Below, piece by piece: positions 1-6,546 of a stretch of DNA of 7,067 bases. Source of the stretch: Zygophlyctis sp. KS116 (taxonomy: Eukaryota > Fungi > Chytridiomycota); contig BAAFSQ010000419.1 of the NCBI GenBank assembly GCA_054661495.1, positions 1 through 7,067 on the forward strand, in the 5' to 3' direction. The position numbers and the translations under genes are program-made. Under the pieces are notes generated by a model, which was given only the letters and a program-made list of their open reading frames with translations, was not told where the DNA came from and ran no database searches. Each line of letters starts with the position of its first letter. The first letter of the stretch is position 1.

Positions 1-587
1 ACTACCTCTGAATTTCGATTCAAATAATTCTGCAAAATCGGAATAATACGATTCACTTCCTATTCTTAGACTTTTACTATCGTTTACGTTTGACACTGAT
101 AATAAGAGCATCCATTTTTGACTTTCCCAGCCCATCCACAGGAGAATCCTCTTTCAATGGATATTCCTATGATAAGATTCTAATAAAGTACCTTGTGCTC
201 TTTAAAATTTCTCTTGTCAAATGAGTCCTTGTTCTTAAAGACCAAGAGTTTGCCAGATGGAATATCCTTAAGATATCCTGGCTGGTCATATTTGACTTTG
301 ACAGCATCTCTAAACTGGTCAATATCAGAACCAATGGGAACTGAGACCGTGGTAGCAGTCGTTCCATTGTATGGCTTTCCAGTCCCATAGTCATAGAGAT
401 GAAACCATATCAAAGGATTATAAGTAGAGATTTGTCTGTAAAAGTCCAATTTCCCCACTTTCAGTCCAAGAGATTGTCCGCTAAAGTTTTTAGAAACACA
501 ATGCAATCCTTTACTAAGCGGCCTGACATTTATAACCAATGCAAGAGTATTTGGCAGTCTACAACACCTTGGACTGGCCAAGATCAT
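1..587 (-). CDS. Crinkler (CRN)-like protein, 5' part: N-terminal leader plus ubiquitin-like header domain; runs off the window start
   Basis: ATG at 587-585. Exons 587-192, 166-88 and 59-1. Spliced translation: ...LIWFHLYDYGTGKPYNGTTATTVSVPIGSDIDQFRDAVKVKYDQPGYLKDIPSGKLLVFKNKDSFDKRNFKEHK|EYPLKEDSPVDGLGKSKMDALIISVKR|SESYYSDFAELFESKFRGS. The pattern WF...G.PY.GT...V...D...FRDAVK...L.V.KN...EEPL.ED...GLG...ALIV.V matches my recollection of CRN-type header domains in oomycetes and chytrids. Confidence 0.75.
60..87 (-). other. 28-nt spliceosomal intron (CRN-like gene)
   Basis: gtaaacgatagtaaaagtctaagaatag. Its removal deletes an in-frame TAG and leaves the frame open to the window edge. Confidence 0.65.
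167..191 (-). other. 25-nt spliceosomal intron (CRN-like gene)
   Basis: gtactttattagaatcttatcatag. Its removal joins KEHK to EYPLKEDSPVDGLGK and completes the header motif. Confidence 0.85.
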
Positions 588-589
588 TT

Positions 590-1430
590 CAACCCTGATA
601 GTAATCCGAACAGAGCTTCCGTTTGTTCCAAATAATCTTTACCTTTATCCTTTAAGTAAATTTATTTTTTTATTCTTGACTTTTCTTTAAAAGTATGGGT
701 GTTTGCATTCCATCCTTATTCAGTGAACGCCCAAGTTTGCAAAACTTGTACTATGCAAAATATGAGAGTTCCCCTGGCCATGGAACAGATGGTGCAGATA
801 AGAATGGAATGACAATCCTACTAAAAGGCTCATATCCTTTAACTTTGCATGACACAGGTTCTGAAGATACCAATTCGTAACGTTCATGCAAGGCACAAGA
901 GATCTAATTTCATTCCACAGTTTGAACATATAATTATACCTCTTACTTTGAAATGATCGTTTCAATTAACACCATCTCCAGTATCAAAGAAGCTAACTCT
1001 GTTTTGTGGAGTGTTCTAGTCCAAAATAATTACTTCATGGATATTTCAGGTGCTAGACCAATCGGAATCTCTAAAATATCCCACAACAAAATATTAGCTC
1101 TTTAATATTTAAAGAAGAAAAAGAATCTGTCTCAAAATCAATTCGTTCCTTGTTCAGAGTAAGATGGCAAAACCTGTAATTTAAGGTTTCTTTACTGAAA
1201 GCCTGTTGATTTGTATAATTATGAGTCCATCTTGATTATCTATTAGTCGTGTCCGAAACCTTGATTTTTTGACTCCCCGTCTTCACTCAAAACTACAGAT
1301 ACCAGAATTTTTAATAGCTCAATTGCTTTTTAGGTCAGTTTCTTGGGTATTTATAATGACTTCGCTACTCGCGATAATCACAATTCTTTAAGATAACAGT
1401 CAAGTCGCATTTGGTATTCAATAAAAAATG
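590..1430 (-). pseudogene. Heavily decayed CRN-type C-terminal (REase-like) domain relic; boundaries approximate
   Basis: Broken minus-strand peptides occur in the order I recall for one CRN C-terminal family: LNYRFCHL (1184-1161), FSSLNIKELIFCCG, LEMVL, IPFLSAPSVPWPGEL (810-766), stop at 753-751, CKLGRSLNKDGMQ (to 703), KGKDY. There are many stops and frameshifts. The similarity is from memory only. Confidence 0.35.
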
Positions 1431-1463
1431 AATCCAGCGGGATAGAACTAAGGCAAAATATAA

Positions 1464-1693
1464 TTAAACTTTTGGTACTCTTCCTTGATAAGCTTGACTC
1501 CAAAAGAGTTTATTTCTAGCGCCATGAGCTGAATACATTGAGAACATACCGTTTCAAACCAACTACCTAGTTGAGTATGTCTTTCCCGAACCTGTTTGAC
1601 CATATGCCATTATTATAATAGAATATCCTAGGAAAAAATGTGAAATTAAATCTTCACAAACGCATGAAACACTTGGATCTGCGAATCAAATAT
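1464..1693 (-). pseudogene. Kinesin motor-domain fragment (degenerate)
   Basis: IFDSQIQVFHAFV, frameshift near 1655, EDLISHFFLGYSIIIMAYGQTGSGKTYST, stop at 1565-1563, then YQGRVPKV* (1490-1464). This fits the kinesin pattern Q..VF...V..L...F..GYN.TI.AYGQTGSGKT(Y/F)(S/T)M...GI(I/V)PR. The P-loop is at 1601-1578. No intact ORF or remaining motor domain is visible. Confidence 0.75.
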
Positions 1694-1769
1694 TATATGT
1701 GAGTGTATTGCATATAAAAAAATTTGACGACGCGAGTTTTTCTGTCCGAATTTCTATTGTACACTTTTA

Positions 1770-4700
1770 TCAAAGGGGAGAATGCATTCCCAATTTAGTT
1801 GAAAACTCTAGCTTTGATCTCTTTTGGAATTTCTTCCATTCCTCTTTATCATGACGCTTCACTAATTCAGAGACTGAGAGTATAGCTAAAGGTGCTGATA
1901 ATGATAAAACATAGATCCACCAAGATATTTGTCCTAGGCGGATTTCAAGTGAGTATACACTGAGTGTGAAAAATATAACCTGAAACAAAATACAAAGACA
2001 ACAGCCAGTCAACCATACATAATTATGCCATGTATATCTGGTAAATATTGACTCTATTCGATGTAAGAATGTAGTACTAAGAGTAACCATGTAATACACA
2101 TAATGGAAAAGAGCAAAATTTTGACTAAAGATAAGTACTGCTTGTTCTTGAGAATTATATTCAGACCAAGGACCATGTGAATAATTTATCAAGAGTGGTT
2201 CGAGTTGATTAGTTTGATCAATCAAGCATCTATTTTTTTAAAAAATATAGCTTACAATGCAAATAATAATACGCATAATATTGCAGGAAATATAGCTCTA
2301 ATGGTGAAGTAGAAAAGAAAACGCCAATAGTCTTTTAAATGATCGGCATTTTTAACGGGCATGTGAGTCATAACTTGAGGATCATGAGGTGAAAAGAAGA
2401 ATGTAAATGCTAAACAAGGAAATAAAATCCATAGAGCCCAAATTATCTGGTATCCCACAAAAATGGGTGGAAGTGGTAAGCAATACGATAAAATTAAAGT
2501 GAAAAACATGGTTATCTGACACTGGAAATAGAAATAAAGTCCCTAAGATTTAATTATAATAAATACCTGGCGTCCATTGATTGATAGAGTTCTGGCCTCT
2601 CGAATGATTTGAGTAATGCTATATATACTTGTGTCTAATTGTAAAGAGAGTGCACATGTCGCAGAGTTCAGGGCAGCTCCGATTCCGAAAAGGGAAGGTT
2701 TGGATTGACCACTAGACTTGCTTTTCATACTTAAAATAGGATTGATTGCTATACTAATATCCGCCTAACGTGAGCTTATATGAAGTTTACTTTCGAGAAA
2801 GAACCAACATTGAAATAGTTCAACGAACTACCAATACAACATACAACCTCTCCATACTCTTGAAAAATAGTTACCATTTCCTCTATTGACCTAGGCTTAC
2901 ATTCGGCAAATAGTGAGACATGAAGCGGCACATCATCAACGTTCTCAATATGGCTTCTTATATTTTCTACTCCTCGTGGAAGCCTCGCTTTCATGTCGTG
3001 ATCATCTAAATACCCCTCACCCCTCCCATCATCCGAAGAAAGTATAATACAGGAGTTCCAATCCATTTCTAAGCCTAAATACTCAGCGTACGCTATACGT
3101 TAATTAAAATGAAGCACCTTTAGATTCTCTTTGCGGTGCGCTTGAAAAATACACAAATCTTACGCCCGCAAGCCCCAAGTCTTCGATAAAATCAATCACA
3201 TTCTAATATTCAGGAATGGTATTATACCGGTTTAATTGGAAAAAAGAATGATGCAAGTCCCAGAAACGTTTGATTCTTTCCCACTTCTTTCAAAAACGCT
3301 TCCTGTGTTAAAGGTTCTGAGATGCCTGAATCAATCATACTTGTGGTAGACCTTTTGCTTATGATACGATTGCGAGTCGCTAAAGACGAAACGGTTCTGA
3401 TGGTTGGATGTGATATAAAAATATTGGGATCATCATCAGTTTTAGGAGAATGTGTCGTTAGTTCCAACTCAAGTATTCTTGCAAATACTGGGTTTTTGTC
3501 CATCTTAGTTTCCGTTTCCGCTGGAAGCTCCAAATAAAAAGGAACAGTACTTGGTTCTAGCGGTACTTTTTTAATCACTTCTGATGGAATAGGCCGATAA
3601 GCATATGCCACTATAAATCCATCACTAAGAGTCGAATTTTGACAAAATTCTAATATTCTTTTTTCGACTGTTTCATGCAATTGACCCAATCCAGTTCCAT
3701 TCCAATAATCAGGACAACATTCCAAAACTAAATCCAGATTCCCCTCGGAAAACAGCTGATAACTTTCTTGAATCAGATAAATAAGATTCATTACCAGATA
3801 TTTTATCAACAAAAATGCTAGAGAACATACTTGGGATTTCAAAGTGATAATCATGCAGGAATTCATCACTCATTACGAGTGAATGAAGTGGCGCGAAGAG
3901 ATGAATATTCTTTTGCATGACAAAACCTTTAAGATTTTCATTTGTAAATCCAATTTCTCTAGATATGCGACACATGCATGCTAAAAGTGAGTCAGATATA
4001 AAGTTACTTTGTCTACTAGGCTTCACATTACCAAATGTAAGCATATTATTCCCACGGCGATGATTATCACTTCTTACTTTTCCATACTGTGCGAGGCAAT
4101 CTGTCATCAAAAACTGATTTAAACCCAAAGGTTTTAAAAATCTACAAAAATGAAATTAACCAAAATCATACTCTCTGTACTTTTCCCAATCCTTATCTTC
4201 AAACTTTATACCAGAAGGTAATGTCGGATCGTCATTCAAATCTAGAATAATTGGTTCTTCTGCTTCATTGATAAACATTAGTTTTTCAGCAGTTGGAACC
4301 GGCTAAATAATAAATCAAAACTACATACCAAGCTTATTGTACCTTCTCTATCAATTGCACAAATCACAGTCGTATTCGCCAGCGTTTCTGCAAGACCCAT
4401 GACAAAAGAAACATCACCAGTAACAATTTGATCAATAAACCGTTTCCAAGCAAGATTTCTATCTATTATTAAATTCTTTGTTGGAGGTGGAGCAACATCA
4501 AACTCGTCTACATCTTCTGAATCCTCAAAAGCAGTCTTTGAAGATTGTAAAGCGTCAAATAGAGTCAAAATTTGAGAATTCCCTTAAAAATCACAACTAA
4601 ACTCGTACCTAGAGACCTTGCCAACAAGAAAAATGTAGGTAAAGCCATTGGAAACAATGTTAAAAGCATATATCCCTGCAATAATACTAAAATTTCAAAT

Positions 4701-5529
4701 CTATTTTTAAAATATTAAAGTTACCCATCATAAACATTTTTCTGTAAAAAAGGAAAATATCTAGCAGCATTAATTCCAAATGATAATCCCAAAATTATCC
4801 AAATAATTTTGTATCTAAAATTAAATTCTAAAATCTTTAATTGTGATTTTATAACGGTTTCTTTCCTTGAAAAAGTCTGAGAGTTCATCATTATAGACTT
4901 GAATGGTGATTCCAAGATTCTAAAATAATAAAAACTTTCTTTTGGAGAATTTCCCAAAACCTTTGGAGTGAGTAAATCCCCTTTTTTTAGAGTTATCCCT
5001 TTATCTGAAATCAATTCAATTTTTTCAGGTGAAATATCACCAAAAGCCATTCTTATTACATCTCCTTTAACCATGAGTGAGTATGGTAATAATATTAAAT
5101 TATTTTCACGTAGCACATAACCAAGAGATATAGTAGGAATCGTAAATGGAATTTTCAAATCATCCTTTAAATTAGAAGTTTTCAAACATTCCAAAACACT
5201 ATTTAGCCGTATATAAATTTCATTTTCCTTCATATTTGTCTCCCTTGAATTAGAAATTTAACTTACCAAGAATATATGTACCAGTTCCATCCCAATCCAA
5301 ATACAATCAAAATTGTCTGAGCCAAAGACCCATATTGAGGTCCTTTTTTAAGTAAATTCAGCACTGAAAGTATAAAATTCAATAGATCTGCAAGTGCAAA
5401 AAACAATAAAACTGTATTTTCCCACTTTTTAAGGAATTCAATCCTTATAGATTTTTTTAATGGTTTTAAAACTTCTGAAGCCTCTTTTAGTAGTTGAGTT
5501 TTGGCTTCCTGAACAGTGAAATGATGCAT
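1770..5529 (-). CDS. TMEM94: TMEM94/ERMA-like P-type ATPase-related membrane protein, 13 exons, 1149 aa
   Basis: Exons 5529-5267, 5243-4725, 4700-4609, 4582-4329, 4302-4172, 4141-4008, 3980-3795, 3766-3228, 3202-3118, 3092-2791, 2764-2567, 2542-2256 and 2229-1770 total 3450 nt with consistent phases, ATG to TGA. TMEM94-like motifs: LPYSLMVKGDVI, TVICAIDREGTIS, FLKPLGLN, VRFVYFS...ESKAYAEYLGLEMDWN, ARLPRGVENIRSHIENVDDVPLHVSLF, QEYGEVVCCIGSSLN, C-terminal TM bundle, and the terminus QKRSKLEFSTKLGMHSPL. Confidence 0.93.
2230..2255 (-). other. TMEM94 intron 12, 26 nt
   Basis: gtaagc...aaatag; joins LLFAL to CLIDQT in frame. Confidence 0.88.
2543..2566 (-). other. TMEM94 intron 11, 24 nt
   Basis: gtatttattataattaaatcttag; joins NGRQ to GLYFYFQCQ. 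Confidence 0.9.
2765..2790 (-). other. TMEM94 intron 10, 26 nt
   Basis: gtaaacttcatataagctcacgttag; joins SFSK to ADISIAINP. Confidence 0.9.
3093..3117 (-). other. TMEM94 intron 9, 25 nt
   Basis: gtgcttcattttaattaacgtatag; joins ESK to AYAEYLGLE. Confidence 0.9.
3203..3227 (-). other. TMEM94 intron 8, 25 nt
   Basis: gtataataccattcctgaatattag; joins PIKP to NVIDFIEDL. Confidence 0.9.
3767..3794 (-). other. TMEM94 intron 7, 28 nt
   Basis: gtaatgaatcttatttatctgattcaag; joins DKIS to ESYQLFSEG. Confidence 0.88.
3981..4007 (-). other. TMEM94 intron 6, 27 nt, in frame and stop-free
   Basis: gtaactttatatctgactcacttttag. Donor, branch-like CTGAC/CTCAC and TAG acceptor match the other introns. Splicing gives RQTCMCRISREIGF. 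Confidence 0.7.
4142..4171 (-). other. TMEM94 intron 5, 30 nt
   Basis: gtatgattttggttaatttcatttttgtag; joins WEKYRE to FLKPLGLN. Confidence 0.9.
4303..4328 (-). other. TMEM94 intron 4, 26 nt
   Basis: gtatgtagttttgatttattatttag; joins EGTISL to PVPTAEK. Confidence 0.9.
4583..4608 (-). other. TMEM94 intron 3, 26 nt
   Basis: gtacgagtttagttgtgatttttaag; joins ARSL to GNSQILTLFDALQ. Confidence 0.88.
4701..4724 (-). other. TMEM94 intron 2, 24 nt
   Basis: gtaactttaatattttaaaaatag; joins VYDG to FEILVLLQ. Confidence 0.88.
5244..5266 (-). other. TMEM94 intron 1, 23 nt
   Basis: gtaagttaaatttctaattcaag; joins YIYSW to ETNMKENE. Confidence 0.9.
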
Positions 5530-5575
5530 TTTCAACAATTTTATACAGCACCAATAAACAATAAATTTAATTAAA
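5530..5575. promoter_or_regulatory. 46-nt divergent intergenic spacer, putative bidirectional promoter
   Basis: It lies between the TMEM94 ATG (5529, minus) and the CRN-like ATG (5576, plus). It is AT-rich, contains CCAAT at 5551-5555, and both ATGs are preceded by AAA. Confidence 0.4.
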
Positions 5576-6481
5576 ATGAGCGAATTTGAACCATTGTTTG
5601 TGCGGTATTTGGATGAGACTATCCAAGTTGACCCAAATGGATGCAAAGATATTGCTGATTTGATTGTAAAGACAAAGAAGGAATTCGCTCCTGAACTGGA
5701 TTCGTTTTCCCTCTGCAAGTTGACTCTCCATCGATATGATGGCGACAAACTCAGATCAGGACTCAAAATAAGCGAACTACTTGAGCAATCAGGATTTGAG
5801 AATGATGGTGATAGCCCACTGCTCATTAGATATGCCGATGCTCTCCCAGTTGTCAAAAAGCCAAAGACTGTACATCCATCAGAAGAAAGAAGAAAAAGAT
5901 GGGAAGAACTCAATTCCGTTATTATTCAGGCTGAAATAGATGCTGATGAAAACAGTGATCAGACGGATCTCAAGGGATGTTTTGAATATTCATCATTGAA
6001 TTGGAGTCATATTTACAAGACGTTTGGGCTCGGTCTGGCCTAGTAAAGTATCTCAATCCATGCACTTAATTGCTCCCATTCTCGTCTATGTTTCTGACTT
6101 ATTTGGACCGGAAGACTCTGTTCGGATTGTTATTGAAGAAGATTTGAAGGGCGTCAATGTCAAAGCCAATGGGCATTTCGAATTCATGCTTAAACGTAAA
6201 CATAAAAGACTATGTATCGTAGAAGCCAAGAAGGATGATATGGAACAAGGAATGGTTCAGAATTTAGTTGGAATGGAAGTGGCGTCTGATTTGGGTCGGT
6301 TAGATACTGTTTATGGTATAGTCACAAATTATATTGAATGGATGTTCTTGAAAAGTCAGAATGATAAAATTGAGACGCATTGGGATACGTTGGCATTTGA
6401 CGAATTTGAAGTTGCAACTGTTGAATCATTGAAGAGAATTGAATTGCTGGTAAGATTTATGCTATTCTTTCAGACGACTGA
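5576..6481 (+). pseudogene. Crinkler-like header + PD-(D/E)xK REase-fold protein, probably disrupted
   Basis: N-terminal header: FVRY...DIADLIVKTKKEF...LTLH...DSPLLIR, then RRKRWEELN and YSSLNW. The C-terminal domain HLIAPIL...IVIEEDLKG...ANGHFEF...CIVEAKKDDMEQGMVQNLVGME...VYGIVTNYIEWMFL has the E-A-K...Q restriction-endonuclease signature of CRN REase domains. The frame breaks at ~6022-6060 (TAG TAA at 6041-6046). A GAATT duplication at 6436-6445 shifts the apparent native end IAGKIYAILSDD* (TGA 6479-6481) out of frame. Confidence 0.75.
6436..6445 (+). repeat. 5-bp tandem duplication GAATT-GAATT causing a frameshift
   Basis: Directly visible as gagaattgaattgctggt. Removing one copy gives ESLKRIAGKIYAILSDD*. 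Confidence 0.75.
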
Positions 6482-6546
6482 TATTTTATGAATCTTTTGA
6501 AAATGTCACACTTTACTGCTATGAAAAAAAGGATAATGTCGCCGTT

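Noticed and set aside
167-635. ORFs 167..394(-), 193..390(+) and 399..635(+)
   Set aside because: Alternate-frame or antisense shadows of the CRN-header gene with no recognisable motifs.
695-965. ORFs 695..880(+) and 720..965(-)
   Set aside because: Short and motif-free. The only suggestive peptide here is in a different, stop-interrupted minus frame.
3322-3537. 71-aa plus-strand ORF
   Set aside because: Antisense shadow of TMEM94 exon 8.
1770-5233. Multiple separate minus-strand ORFs resembling a prokaryotic operon
   Set aside because: They are exons of one gene, joined in phase by GT-AG introns.
5530-5913. 128-codon N-terminal extension of TMEM94 in ORF 5263..5913
   Set aside because: Ser-rich antisense read of the CRN gene. 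TMEM94 similarity begins at MHHFTVQEAK (5529), which has an AAA-ATG context.
6450-6473. Intron look-alike gtaagatttatgctattctttcag (24 nt)
   Set aside because: It encodes the apparent native GKIYAILS terminus in the ancestral frame, ends in CAG (unused by the other 16 introns) and would not repair the frameshift. Cryptic splicing cannot be excluded without RNA data.
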